From Setoptus koraiensis (lineage: Eukaryota > Animalia > Arthropoda), in contig CM106586.1 of NCBI GenBank assembly GCA_048013815.1, positions 9,982,001 through 10,046,000 on the forward strand: DNA of 64,000 nt. The letters run 5' to 3'. The notes below the pieces were generated by a model. It made no database searches. It was not told the origin of the DNA and worked only from the letters and a program-made list of their open reading frames with translations. Both the position numbers and the translations under genes were made by a program. Positions 26,878 through 40,926 of this stretch are shown in pieces (positions within the stretch are counted from its first letter, which is position 1; each line of letters opens with the position of its first letter).

Positions 26878-26973
26878 TTTGATAGCGCCGAATTGATATT
26901 ATTTGATAGCGCCGAGCTGATGGTGTTTGATACTGTCGCGCTGATGGCGCTTGATACCGTCGAGCTGATGGCG
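26878..26973. repeat. 24-bp degenerate tandem repeat x4
   Basis: Units tttgatagcgccgaattgatatta / tttgatagcgccgagctgatggtg / tttgatactgtcgcgctgatggcg / cttgataccgtcgagctgatggcg. Confidence 0.9.
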
Positions 26974-28074
26974 GCTGATAGGCAGTTGATGTATATATAA
27001 TAGGCCTGGCAAGTTTGCTGTGACAGTTGGTGTGGCCCGATAACAATTGCCGGCAATTGAGCCCGAAACAAGTGCAGCCATAACAATAATAATGATGACG
27101 ACTGTTTGTTTATATTGTTGTCATTAATTTAACTCTCCGAGAGGCGCCCTCGTCGCCATTGTTGCCGTTGGCCGCAGCGATCGTCATTGTTGTAATTAAC
27201 CACTAATGATGTCTACTGTCACACCAGCCAGCCAGCCACAAACTGTTACACAGCAACTCTGCTCCGCTTTACCCGCTCCGCTTTGCCCGCTCCGCAATAC
27301 CCGCGCCATTTCATCCGCTCCGCTTTATCCGCGCCACTCTGCGCTTTTGTCCCGTTTTCGAGCGAGCATTTTCGGCATTTTCGGCGTTTCGGCGTTTCGG
27401 CGTTCGGCGGCGCGGCCATTTTGCGGCACTCACTCACAAATAGGCACAAATAGGCACAAATAGGCATAAGTAGGCAAGCGGGCGACGCGCCGCTCGACGT
27501 CAGCGCCCGATACTGCAAACAAAATGAAATTGCCAACAAAACATGCAGCCACCGCCGGCCCGAAATTGGCACTTCATATACATACATTCATGTATTTGTT
27601 GGCCGAGCCAGTCAAAAGTTACGCCAAACAGCCAAAATACAGCGAGCGCGCCGACTGGCGCTCAAAATTAATGAGTTGCCTCGGCGAGTCGCTCCAGCCT
27701 CGAATTTCGAAGCGACTCAATTTGTAAATTAGCGCCCGGCTCCGAAACGTGTCGCCGGCCTCTCAGGTTACTCGACAGTCGGTCTGTCGTGGCGAATCTT
27801 GCTCTTGGCAAGCTCTCGCTGCCGCTTTTGTCGTTGTTGCTCTTTGGGGCGCTGTGCCGCTTTCGCTCGTGCTGGCGCTGTGCCGTTTTCGCTCTTTCAG
27901 CGCGAGCTGGGGCCCAATTTGTACAATTTGTCGCCAGCCACAAACTCGCAGCCTGACAAACTGCAAATTGCGGGCCCCAATTCACGCAGCCACAAGTCAC
28001 AATTTGTCGCCGTGTCGCCCGGCAGCAAATATTCACTCATTATCTGTTTGCCTGTTTGCGTGCAGCCGTAACAA

Positions 28075-28151
28075 GTCGCCGCCACCCGCAGGTCGCCGCT
28101 ACCCGCAGGTCGCCGCTACCCGCAGGTCGCCGCCACCCGCAGGTCGCCGCC
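28075..28151. repeat. 17-bp tandem repeat x4.5
   Basis: gtcgccgc(c/t)acccgcag units read directly. Confidence 0.93.
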
Positions 28152-30530
28152 TCCCAGAACAGGTGCCACAAGCGCGCTCTGCCAGTTATTGCATAAATTA
28201 TCGGCATTCCGGATACTGTCCGGGCCGGTGCGACGGGCCGGTGCGACGGGCCGCCGAGACGGGCCGCCGATGGCCGGAGATGGATTGTTAAGCTCGCGCA
28301 AACAAGCGGCGTCGGACCCCAATCCATCTAGCTCACCTGTTTGCGGTCGGCCCTTTGGCCCGCGCCGGCCCGATGAGCGCACAATCGGGCAGCCAAATTA
28401 TTGTGCCACATTGCACGCTGTGCCACTTGGCATGTTGTGCTATATGGAAACGAGTTGTCGGGGGCGAGCGCTGCGACAAATAAACAACTTGGTTCAACGC
28501 AGCCAGACGCTCTATTGGGCGCTAATCCCATTTTACACACACACGCACGCAGACAATGATCGATGCAACTTTGCAAATCTCGCTATTGTCACAACACAAT
28601 TATTGTTGCGTAATATTGTGCCTGGGATGCGCACAATGACGCTCACAATGCAATAATAATGATGATACAATGTTCACATTTGCGGCGCTCTGGCAAAATG
28701 CGGCCCGATACAGTGTTCGCGTTGGCGCGGGCGCGGGCTCGGGTCTCGAGACGAAACGCGGGCGAAACGCGAGACGAAACCGGGCGAAACTCGAGGCGAA
28801 ACGCGAGGCGGAAGAGCAAGCCAAAGCCAGCTTACCTATGGAGCGTGCGGCGGCAAGTGCCGTTTTGGCACGATCCGCTCCGCAGTGCGCACCGCTGCGG
28901 TGCTAGGCTGACCCGGGCCCCATGTTCGCGTATGCCCGTCGACGACATACGTTGCAGGCTCGTCGAGCGCCTTCGAGAGCGCAACATCGCGCCTTGCGAG
29001 GGCGAGCGCCCAACTTTCGCGGGCTCGTCGCGAGTCCTCGCAGTCCCGTCAGCAGAGTCTGGCCCGTGCGCCGGCCGATCGACCGTCAGTCCGCGAGCGC
29101 GCGGCCGGCGGCCGGTGACGGGCAACGGATAAATGGGATCTCGCTCTGCGAAAGTCCCGCGTCAAGCGCGCGATTATTGCTCCCCATGCGATCGCGTATC
29201 ATCGACTCAATGCGGCGGCATAAGCGAGCGATCGCTGCTATCATTACGTCATAATCATATTTTAGTCGGCAAAGTGGTCGCCCCCGTTTGACGGCCGACG
29301 TCGAGACGCTCACGACTGGCGAGTTACGAGACGACGAGAGACGCAATTTGTATTGTCGTGTCTTTGTTTTGCCGCTGTCACAATTGTAAATTGTAAATTG
29401 GTCAGCAAAAAACAAAATTGAGGCCACAAATTGAAATAAACAACCAAACAATAAATCACAGCGCGCCCGGCGTCATTATTTGCGCATTACATCGGGCATT
29501 ATTATTGTTATTGCCAGCTAACCAGCAGCTCACCAGCGGCCCCATTGCCCGTTACAAATCGGCTAGAAGTTGCTGGTTTAAATCGGCTGAGTTGCTGTTG
29601 GACATTGCAGCAACTGCGACTGGCGCCGCTGTTGTCGGTGCTCAACGGTTGTTGTTGTTGTTGTTGCTGCCGGGGCCCCATTGATATATGATCGAGATAG
29701 TATTAGCTTAATTGGTGTGAGAGGCTGATATTACGCTGATATTAGGCCGATTTATTTATTACACAAGCTCAACTCGCCAACGAGTATCAGTGAGCGGCGT
29801 ATGGTGGTGAAAATGATCGACCAATTCAACCGAGGCCCAGACAGATGCAGTCAGACAGTAAACATTGGAGCAAAATTAGATGTGTTTTGTTTGAAGAATG
29901 ATGACGTAATTACTCAGCCCGATTCACGTTGTTAGAACTTATCGCTTAGAAGTTGCGCGAAAAGAGGGGCCCCTTCTTTTGCTAAAACAAACACGGCGAT
30001 ACAATCACGGCGATACCCGCTCGCCGATACTCGTAGCGACACAGATACAACGCGCAGCGACGAAAACTCGGCGAGACCCATTTGAAAGTTTTCACTCTCT
30101 GTCTCCTTGGCTGATCCAGTGGGCGCCACTGCGGGCCCGTCCAGCGCCACTGCGGGCCCACTGGGCGCCGTGGGCCCGTTTTGTCCGTGGGCCCGTTTTG
30201 TCCGCGGGCCCGTTCGGCCGCAATCGGCGCCAGAATTGGGCTGAATTCGAACCGGGCAAGCGACGCTCCAAACGAGCCGACCGGCCGAGCGACCGGGCCG
30301 GCCCAAGATGCGGCCCGAGGGGCGCTGGCTACTGCGTGGCTATATATTAACTTGTGCAACACCCACACGCATTATTTGGTATCTGGATAAATTATTTGCG
30401 CTTTGAATAATGACGAATAGCTATTGGCGAAACGCGCCAAAATGCGCCGAAACGCGGCACTGGCGACTGGAAACTAATCTAAACTTAGTGTTGCCACTAA
30501 GCTGAAATAAACTCAACTGGGCCAGCCAAA

Positions 30531-30590
30531 CTGAAATAAACCGAAACAAACCGAAACAAACCGAAACAAACCGAAATAAACTGAAATAAA
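30531..30590. repeat. 10-bp tandem repeat x6
   Basis: c(c/t)gaaa(c/t)aaa units. Confidence 0.93.
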
Positions 30591-30917
30591 AGCAATTCAA
30601 CGGGGCGCGATTCAATCTAGCTGCGACTCTATTGCGAATTCAATTCAATTCAATTCAATTTGAGCCTTAAACTACCGCGCTGCCAATCTCCGTCCCGCTC
30701 TATCCGCTGTTTGTGTGGCTGCCTGACAAACAATTGGGGCCCCCGATTCTGGCTGGCCTCGTCAGCTCGGCGAGCCCCTCGCAGTGAGACTGTCACTGGG
30801 CCCCACTGACGAGGCCTGCCGACAGTGTCTGTTGTAGATGTGCATGCAAAGTAGCTAACTGGCCGGCCAGATGATGATTATATTTTGGCAATGATGGCAG
30901 CGCCAGCTTATGTTCTA

Positions 30918-31004
30918 GTCGGGCTTGTCGGGCTGGTCGGGCTAGTCGGGCTGGTCGGGCTGGTCGGGCTGGTCGGGCTGGTCGGGCTGGTCGGGCTGGT
31001 CGGG
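30918..31004. repeat. 9-bp tandem repeat x~9.7
   Basis: gtcgggct(g/a/t) units. Confidence 0.93.
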
Positions 31005-33077
31005 GGCCCAAAGTCGCTCAGCGGTGTGTGTTTGCGGGACTGTGCAGTTGAAGTTTTTGCCGGGGTGTCGCGCGTCGCGAATCCGTTGCAATCCGTCGCT
31101 GTTGCCGTTGTCGCCGCTGAATTGGAGGCTCGGCAAGCGGTGATGCCGTTGCATCGATGCGGACCCCTCGCAAAGCCGCCCAAAGTGTTTGCGATGCGGC
31201 TGCTGGTGTTATTGTGATGTAATAGCTACAAATAAAGTTTATTTATTTGTAGTGGCGGATTAGTTACTCGTGTGGCGCCCTCCTGTTTGTGTAGCGGCTG
31301 CCGCTGTGTCGTTATTGGGCCAATAGTTGGTGTCGTCGCCGCCGCCGATGATGTCACTACATCGATCGGGCGCCACATCGAGCGGACGCTTCACGCACCG
31401 AGCCGCGGAACACAGCTACACCCGGCGGCTGTACCCAGCTGTATCCAGCGTAGATCCGGCTATTGGGAGCAGGGCCGGCCAGCAGCCGCCGAAAAGCGGC
31501 ACGGGCACGCAACGACCGACTAACAAGTGACCAGAAGCGAAAGAGTTTAGAGTGGCCCGGCTCGCCGGCGATCCGCGACGTGCGGCCGGCGAGTCGCTAT
31601 TGGAGGCCAACTAAGAGCGGGCCCGCTTGCCTCTGCTGGCGGATATTGGCGCCCTCTTGATCGCCGGCCAGCGAGCCACTTGCCGGCTGAATCGGTCGTA
31701 CTGAATCGGTCGGGCTGAATCGGCCGGACATCGCTGGCGCCGCTGCGGACGGACCGATCGCGACTCGCGAGCCTAATGCCCAGATCCGATTGCAGCGCCA
31801 AATGCACCAAAGTTACCGCTGTCGCGGGTGCACCTTTTGCACGAGCCCGGTGCACCCGTGACACCGGCCCACATGTCGGCCGAGTGCGGCGCGTGGGCGA
31901 ACACCCGCGCCGCGGCTCGGTGCGGCGCCCGTTGACTGGCACCGGCAGCCAGCTCGAGCCTCGACTTATGGTGGGTTGAGCGGCCAAAAGAAGCCATACA
32001 ACAACGAGTGGCGCTAAACTGGCGCTTTATGCCCGACCGAATGGTTATATAACCTCCAAATAAGGTCGGCCGAATAACGGTGCGGCTCGTGATTACGTAA
32101 CTTGCTCGTAACTGTTGTCGGCGCTGGTCCACTAACGCTGCCGGTGAGTATAGCTGGCTGGCCCCGTAGCTGGCGAGTGGAACAGACAGTTTATTTCTCG
32201 GTTCTTTGACTGGCTCTGACTAGTTGTCGGGCCGGCCGCCAGTGCGACTTGGCGACGCGAGCCGACAACTGCAAATAGCCGCAAATGGGTCACATTGGCG
32301 CCCATTTGTCGCTATTTGGCGCCCTCTACGCTAGTTAGCGCAACTATGAGCCGGCCCGATCGATCGCTGTTGTCGCACGAGGATTGTAGGCGATTGCATC
32401 ATTTCCTAGTGACAAGCAAACAACAACAACAACAACAGCAAATTACGTCACATTCAGTGTCATTGGCTTTGCTCTTTGGCCGCCCACGTCATTGCAGGCG
32501 AGGGGCCCCAGCGCGTGGAAAGGGCACGCCAAAGGGCTCATGTCACGTCCGGTGGCGCGTTTGGCAACTACGCACAAACACACACACACACAAATACACG
32601 TATGAACGTATAAAAAGTCGATAATATTGTCATCATCTCGTGCAGTGGTCAGCAATCATCGGGGGCGCCACACGAAGCCCGATGGGTGCAACGGGAGCGG
32701 CCAGAGATTAGCGCGCCGCGTTGCGTAACACCGGCCAAACAACAATGCGCGCATCACAATACGTGCGCAGTACGTGCGCAATACGTGCGCGCCTCCACAA
32801 ATAAATGAGTGATAAATAGTGGCCACTTAATAACTCATCACAAATCTCCCATCATCGATCTTGTTGCGATTGATACAATTGAAGACACTGAGCGGCCATT
32901 GTTGTTGCCTCTACAACGGCGATGGTTGCGGCCGAGCGGCGCCACAATTCGTGCTGCCGGGCGCCCGTTGTGCGGCTGCCGGGCCGGACTCGCTGGACCG
33001 CGCAGTCTAGTCCGCAGCACCGGAAACGGGCCGGCGGCGCAAATATTGTTCCAGTTGTTTGGGCTGGCTGTGGCGAC

Positions 33078-33149
33078 TCGCCACTGAACACTGTGACCAG
33101 ATCGCCACTGACCATCGTGACCAGATCGCCACTGACCATTGTGACCAGA
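33078..33149. repeat. 24-bp tandem repeat x3
   Basis: tcgccactga(a/c)ca(c/t)(t/c)gtgaccaga units. Confidence 0.92.
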
Positions 33150-36100
33150 CCGAGCCCGCCGACTGTCCGACTGTCCGTTTGTCCGTTTGTCCGGTTCGCG
33201 GGCCGGCCCCGCAAGCTAAACTAACAAACTGACCGTCGACTGCGCAATGAGTGAAAAGCAACGAAAAGCGTCGCTCATCATGGTACACGTATGACGATCG
33301 TGCCGATATAAATATCACAAGTGTCATAAATGTCGCAAACATATGAACACGTTTGGCTGTTGTGATGCAACGATCAATTTGTTGTCACAATTTTGTCGGT
33401 CGGCCCATGTCGTTTCGTTGCGCCCTCTACGCGACATGTAGCGCAACCGAGCCAAACACATGCGGTAATCCAACAAAACATGACGTAACAAGCGGCAACG
33501 CAGTCGCCCACTGTGATCGCCGCCAACTTGTGTGATCGCCCCTTTCGTCGATTCGGGACACTCCAAACGGACGATCGGGGTGCCCCGAATGGGACGGACT
33601 CGCCACACTGGCCCGGCCACTGGCTCGACGGACGCGGGCGACAGATCGAGTCGGGCATTTGTGTGGCGCAACAACGGACCCGCACCAACAGATGACGAGC
33701 GCTTGTATTCACGCGTGAATACAAGCGAGCATCCAGGTAAGGAGAGCGGCGACAGGTAGGGGGCGCAAAAACAAATTAGTAGCGTGATATTACAATTGCC
33801 TGGCTTGTCAATGAGCGCACAAAATGAGATTGATTGATGGGCGCCCCCGACAAACAAACAAACAAACGAAGAGCAGCGGCAGCCTGGCAAACTTTGCGCT
33901 TGTACGGGCGCTCTGGTGGCTGTAAAATGCCAGCTATCGATCATTAATTAATCCACAGGCAGGCACACAAACAAAGGATAAAAACAATTATGTTGACCAT
34001 GTACTATTGCGCAACACATTTGTATGTATGCTGGGTATACATTGCGGAGTTGATATTGCGGAGTTGATATTGCAGAGTGGATATAATATAAAATAATGTC
34101 GACTTTTTCGCCGCCCTGGCGGCCGACTCGCATATCAGGGCGATAAACTCGACATAATACGCAAGCGTGCGTATATCACGTTGGCGTCAATTTAATTTTG
34201 TTGTCTGGCTTGTATTGCGTAACTTGTAAAAGTGCCCTCAGATACCCCGTATTGCACGGCTATACGGGTGCTATATGGGTGCTGTATGGGTGCTGTATGG
34301 GTGCATGAGGTATGCAGTGGCCGGTGTGATATATGGCGCTGGGTGAGTCAGAGTTGAGATAGCAAGATTGATTGAAAATGTTGACGGCGGCCTAATCTCT
34401 CTGTGGGGCTCTCGGTGTGCCGTTTCGTTGTGCGCCGGCCTACGGTGATAATAGGAAATGGGTCTCAGGTGGCGCTAATAACACAGTGTGTATTATCGCG
34501 TTGGTTATTACGATATGTTTAACATGGTGCCCCGAGCATGTAAGCGCTCATAAACGGACACACGGTGTCGTCGCGAGCAATATACTCTCGCAAATTGTGA
34601 GTCACAATGGATACAAACAACAGGCGATCATGACGGCGACAGAGACGTGCAATAGTGATAATAATAGCGATGCCAACAGCCCAAGTGAGCAGCCGCCGAT
34701 AGGCGGCGGTGTGCGTGTCAACGGCGCCATTTAACAGTTAACATTTAACACAAATTTGACATGATACCTGGAAAACGGCATAAATGGACGATGCGCAAAC
34801 ATAAGGCACAAAATACAAATATCAGCTGACCCATCTGACACCGACAACCATCCGCTGCAACGCCGAGCGAGCGAAATTGTGTTATTACATCATTGTAATA
34901 ACATAATTATCGTGTTGTGTGTGTGTGTGTGTGTTGCGCAACAACAGTGTCACAAATGTCAGCTCGCGCGCCGGTCAGCTGTTGAGGGATTGCGTGGGAG
35001 TATCTTATCACGTATCATTGGTGCCAATGGTGATTGATGATGCGCCTCTACTGGCCACTCGCTGAACTGACCAGTTACTCAGTTAGCCGGTCACTGAGCT
35101 GAGCTGGTCAGTTTAGCGAGCTGGCCAGTTTAGTGACTGTCATCGGCGTCGGTGGTGGCGCTGTCACGCTGACAGGTGAGTCATGTATTGCGTCATTGGT
35201 GTGACCGGTGCCAATACTCCATTGGGTCAATACTGTTGGCAATGCCAACACAAACACCAGCCATGTGACAGCGCCAAATATGACGCGTTATGTGCAATAG
35301 ACACTGTCGCTAATAACTGTGCCGTCCGGCACTCGCACAACTGTTGTCCGGCACAACTGCTGTCCGGCACAACTGTTGTCCGGCCGCCCCACTGTGCGCC
35401 CGCACAGATAAACGCGCGTGACGGGGCCCATTCAATGGGCCCCATAGGCCCTTGTGTGCCGCGATTGTGCGCGTGAGCATGATTGCGCGCACAGACAGAG
35501 CCGCGCCGCGACTCGCGGGGCACAGATACGTTATTTGATACGTTATTTTTATCGAATTACCTGACAGTTTGTTTGTATAATGTCGTGCCGTAATGCTCTG
35601 CAGGGGCCCCGGCGCTCGTCACGTGCTCGCTGGGCCAAAATACCACTGGCACCGCCGGGAAAGTTGCCCGCACAGGCACCCCGCCAAGGTACCGCTACAA
35701 AAGTAGCGGCGCGGAGCGCGTTGCGTGCGCGCCGCCGGCAAGCGCAACTTCCAGCGGCGGCCCCTCGCCAGAATCTCGCCAACTCTTGCCAGAGTCCGAC
35801 GGCGCCCCCACCAAACTGACGGCGTGCGTGCCTACGTGACACTGGCACAATTGTCGCCAGAGTATAAATTAATTAATTTAGATGTGACTCGTGCGTCGCT
35901 AATAGCGGCCCGCCGGGGACAAACAAGCGACGACAAACAGCAAAGTGCCAGCGTCGCCATTATGTAACATTATTCAAATCATTTCAGTTGGTTTGTTTGT
36001 GCAATTGTTTGTGTGCGTCGCCGGCTCAAGTCAGCAAAACCCAAATCACTGCCGCACAGATTACAAACAACAACAGGGCAACAAGATACCCGCGGTGATC

Positions 36101-36597
36101 TCTGACATGCCGAGCGCCGTCCGGTGTCGCTGCCAGCGCCGCCGTATAGGCCTGGCGTACCTGGCGGGCCCGCGATGTTATTGCGGCAGCGCCGCCGCCA
36201 TTACGTAATAATCGCCGGGCGCCGAGTCGAGCCGCCGGTGCGTAATAATCGGCCAGCGCCTAATAATGGCGCCGCCGCGCATGTAATAACATCGTCGGGT
36301 GCGCCCTGTAATAATACCCGTGCCGTCGCACCGCGCTACCGTCACGCTGCACATCCGCATGTGCGGCGCGACGGGCCAGCAGCGATGTCGCCCCGGCCGC
36401 GATGTCTCCCCAGCCGCGATGTATCCCCAGCAGCGGCCCCGGCGAACACCGGGGCGCCCGCCGAAACTTCGGCAGCCAGCGCCGGCCCGAAATTTTGGCA
36501 GCCAGAGCGGCCGAAAGCCAGCCCGCGCCCGCCCGTCTAGGCGTACCTGTCACTACATGCCAGATATACACATATATCTAGCATATCCTGATATTTG

Positions 36598-36621
36598 TAT
36601 ATATATATATATATATATATA
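36598..36621. repeat. (TA)12 microsatellite
   Basis: Direct reading. Confidence 0.9.
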
Positions 36622-39600
36622 GATATATCAGGATACATGTAGTCGGTGGCGCGTTTTAGCCGGTCTCGGTCGGCGCGGATCGGATTGCGTCACAGCGTGC
36701 TGCTCGGCGGCGGCCCGGGCGGCCCCATTAACAGCCGGCGGCCCGTTTTAATGGGCGCCGGCTGAAAGTGTAAAACTGACGCTGCTGCAGTTGATTTTAT
36801 TTGATAAAATCGCGAGCCAAAAACAAATCGCAGCGACTCGCTCAAATCAAATTTATTACGCCGGCAACCGGATCTGGCCGGCGCTGCAAGTTGATCGTTA
36901 GCTCACATCACCTGGCTCCGCTTGCCGGCCCGGCCCGGCTTATACGGTGGCTTGTACAAGCTGGCTCATGCTGCCAGCTATGCAGCGGGCCGGCCCGCAG
37001 TTGCCGTTGCCGGCGGCACATAATGTGCGGCCGGATAATATCCGCACCGGGCGACGCTGCCCGTCGACGATGAGGCCCGTCATGAATATTCAATTAAGCC
37101 ATTGTCGGATATTGTGCGCGCCACTGGCCGGCCCCCCATTCACGACAAACGCCAGTCCGGGCAAACGACAGTCGCTTCGGCCGGGCGAGACGCGACTCAC
37201 CGGACACTTGATTATGGCTCTATTTATATGACTGTTTGCCGCATTTGGTATGCGCAGGGCCCCTTTTTTGCATGTATTTTTAACTAACTTCACTTCACTT
37301 CAATGGCGTCACTTAGCGTGCCCATTAGCGTGCCAACTGGCCTTGTGCCGCGGGCCTCCCACGCACCGTGCACCTTTGCAGGCACGTGGAAAGCGGACAG
37401 TCGACAGTCGAGCTTCTCGGCTATTGGCGCATTCTCGATATCGTGCTCAATTAAAACGTGTAATCTGTCCAATTGAAGCAATGTCGCTGCCGGGCGCACC
37501 TCTGGCCGGCCCTCCGCGTACCTCGACGCGCTCGACATACCCCGACGCGCCTCGACATTCGCCGTACGCGCTTGGAGCGGCGCGCGTTCAGCAAAGCTCA
37601 CGATCGTCGATGGTCGAGCGGCCGCGGGCTTGCGCGCCTCCCTGCCGGCGCCCGACCGAGCGGCCTCCGAACGCCTCACGCCTTTAGCCAGCCAGCACCA
37701 GCGGCACTGTCCGACTGGACCGTTCGCACCGGATGGCGGGCCAAGTGACAAGCCCGGGTTCGAGCTAATGGTTGTCGAGCCGCCGTTCGGGGCAATGGTT
37801 GTCGAGCCACGGCCAGTTGGGAGCGGCCGGCCCGGGCGGCGGGCAAACAACGACGGCGCACAACCGGCAAATTAGTGGCCATTCAATGGGTCAACAGGCC
37901 AACCGTGGGCACACTGGGCGCCGTTGGGCACGGCGGCATTGGGCCGGCAGTTTACGGGCAGCGACGCATGTAAATTATCCGCGTTTGTGTCGTCGTTGTC
38001 GTGGCGCTGGTCATTGTCATTATTGTTATTGTTGCCATTATTGGCGCTGCGAGGCGGCTTGACCGTCGCGCAAGTCTGGGCCAACTCTGGCCAGTGTTGG
38101 CCCGAAACTGGCCAGTGTATCGGCTGAAACTTGCCAGAGCCCGGCCGGTCGGCGGGCCGTCGCGTCCGACCGAGTTTGGCGGCAAACTATGAGAGACTGT
38201 GAGAGCAATAAGCGCACAATGGCCCGACTTGACTCGGCGCGATTGTTGCCGCGTGATCGCCAATATCGCGACTCGCGACCGGCGATATTTGCAAATGTCG
38301 GGCCGGCCCGACATTTGCCAACGAGCAAACAGTTTAGTGAAAAATTTGTGCACAATTCGCTATTCTTCGTTTGTTTGTCTCAAGTGGCCGCGCTGGATGC
38401 CGACGCCGGCCTCTTGTCCGGCGGTGCGCTTCTCGTCCGCCGGTCCGACTCTCGTCCGCCGGTCGCCGTGTGACGGCGCTTACGTAACGGCGATTACGTA
38501 ACGGTGCAAAGGTACGGCTTATGTACTCGTGCTCATGCAACGGTGAGACAGTGGCCAGTTTGCAGCTGCCGGCCGCCAGTTGGCAGTTGTGAGTCACCGG
38601 TGAGCCTGTTTATTATTATCTATTATTTATTATCTGGGGGCGATCGGCGGCGAGCGGCGCAAACAATGCAGCGCAAAGGGGGCCAACTTGACAACTATTG
38701 CATTTTACAGCAGTCGCTACTCGTGCGCCTATTACATAATATATGTTGTTATATATTGTTGTTTGCCAGAGCCGTTATTGCACGGGGCCGGTGTGTTGCT
38801 GTGTCAAGTTGCTTGCAAATTTGCGAATTTGTGGGTCAAGTTGCTCTGTTTCGAGCAAACGCTCGCTTGTTTGCTGAAGAGTCGCAAAGTCGCTAGGTCG
38901 CTCGCAATTGGCGACCTAGCGACTTTGCGACAAATTAAGCAAATCGTCAGCACACACACAATTGCATAATGATGAATAGGCACCGGTGGCGCGGCTTGTC
39001 GCCGGCCTAATGTGAAGGTGACCACTTGCCCGACCGCATCGCTAATGGCTTGCGACGCGCCGTGCCAATGAAGCAATTATTTCGGCCACTCAATTCATTT
39101 CTTGTCGCGCTATGTCGGTCGCGGTCTTGCCGCTTGCGAAGCGCCGGCTCGGACCACCGCTAAGCCGTCTCTGGCCGCTTGAGCCGCCCACGTTGCGCTC
39201 AATCCAGCCGTGAAGCAACGTTCGCCGGTTCACTGGATTCTGGCGAGCGGTTTGCGGGTCAAGATTGTGGGCACCGCGCTGGCCAGTTGTGCGAATGTGT
39301 GCCGTCGTATGCGCGCCAGTGGCCAGTCGCCACATAGGGGATCATCATAAAATTTAGCTGATGATACGATAACAATTGAATAAGTGACAACAGAGGCCCG
39401 CCAACCGCATTAGCATCGGACAAATGGCCTGGCCTCGAATTTGTTGGCGCCTAAAGCCCAAATTCAATTAGTGAGCGCACCGTTAATGCACCCGGGCCGC
39501 GCTTGGCTCGGCCGCCACTGCCGCCGCCGCTGCCGGCCCCGTGAACGCGGGCCCCAATGACCGCCGGCCGGCCGGCCGGCCGACTGATTGAGAGTGCAGC

Positions 39601-40817
39601 CCATTCAGCGGCTCGTGTGATGAAGTAGCGGGCACAGATTAAATTGGTCAATTGATTATTATTATTATCACTATTTGAATTAGTTTATCCGCTGGCGGGC
39701 CTCGCATGCAGCACGCCCCCGTTTCCAATAAGCGCGCTGTGATGAAATTCATCGGGCGCCGGCGCCGCTCAAGCGCCCCCCGTCTGGCGAGCGGCCCCCG
39801 AATTGGACGCAGCCCGAAACGCAGATACAACCGAGCGAGCCGACACAACCTAGCGACCAGATACAACCGCGCGGGCGGATACAAACAACGACGGATACAA
39901 GCGGCGACGGATACAAACGACGACGTATAAAATTGCCACTGCTCTTTATGCGATCGCAAGGGCGCCAACCGACCCAGTTGAGCTGGCTCAGTTGAAGGCT
40001 GAGTGCCGAGCGACGGGCGCCGCTCGGGCCCGCGAGCCGCGCCAGACGGGCAGCCGTTGCCCGAATAAATGGACAGGGCGCGCACCAAATGAAATGGATC
40101 TGGCAATATCGCGCCACTGCCGGCGCTGCTGGCAATTCAATAGAAAAGTAAGTAGTCATCATAAGTAATGGAGTAGCGGCTGACGAATTTGCGTTTGTTA
40201 CTCACACAGTGGTAATTTTATTTGCTCGCTTATCCGCCGCGAATCGCCTGCAATCGACGCCTCAGCCACGGCGAGGCCGAGCGGGCCCCAGCGAGGCCCG
40301 GCGAGCATGCAGAGAGCCCACGCAGAGCCCACGCAGAGCCAACGGAGAGCCTACGGACAGCGTACAGAGAGCATATAGAGAGCATATAGAGAGAGCTTAT
40401 GGAGAGCGTATAGCGGCCATATAGTGGGGCCCCAGCGAGCATCCGCGAGCCGCTATTAGACGAGCTGCGTGCCGGACACGCCAGAGCCCACGGCACTCAC
40501 CCGGCGAGCATATCCAAAGGTTACTGTGTGAACTGTTACTGCGTGGCTCGCGAGCCCCAGCGAGCGGCCCCAAATTGAGTTGCCATTTATTACGTAACGC
40601 GGGGGGCTGCGTCAGACATTTACTGCGTTCGTTATTCAGTATTAAACTTTTCGTGCGCCCTCTTTGTTTGCTTTGTTGTGGGGCCCTTCTGGCGTGCGAG
40701 TGCACCTATCGCTGCATATCGCTGCCCATCGCGCTCGCACACACCCACGCGCATACGTTGCAAATTGTTGGCCGGCCCGCTGGCCGGCCGACGGGTGGGC
40801 GGCTGCCCGCTCCACCC

Positions 40818-40926
40818 GCAGTCGGGACTCCGCAGTCCGGACTCAGCAGTCGGGACTCCGCAGTCCGGACTCAGCAGTCGAGACTCTGCAGTGCGGGCTC
40901 GGCGGTCGGCACTCTGCAGTCCGGAC
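40818..40926. repeat. 14-bp degenerate tandem repeat x~8
   Basis: Alternating gcagtcgggactcc / gcagtccggactca units that decay towards the 3' end. Confidence 0.88.
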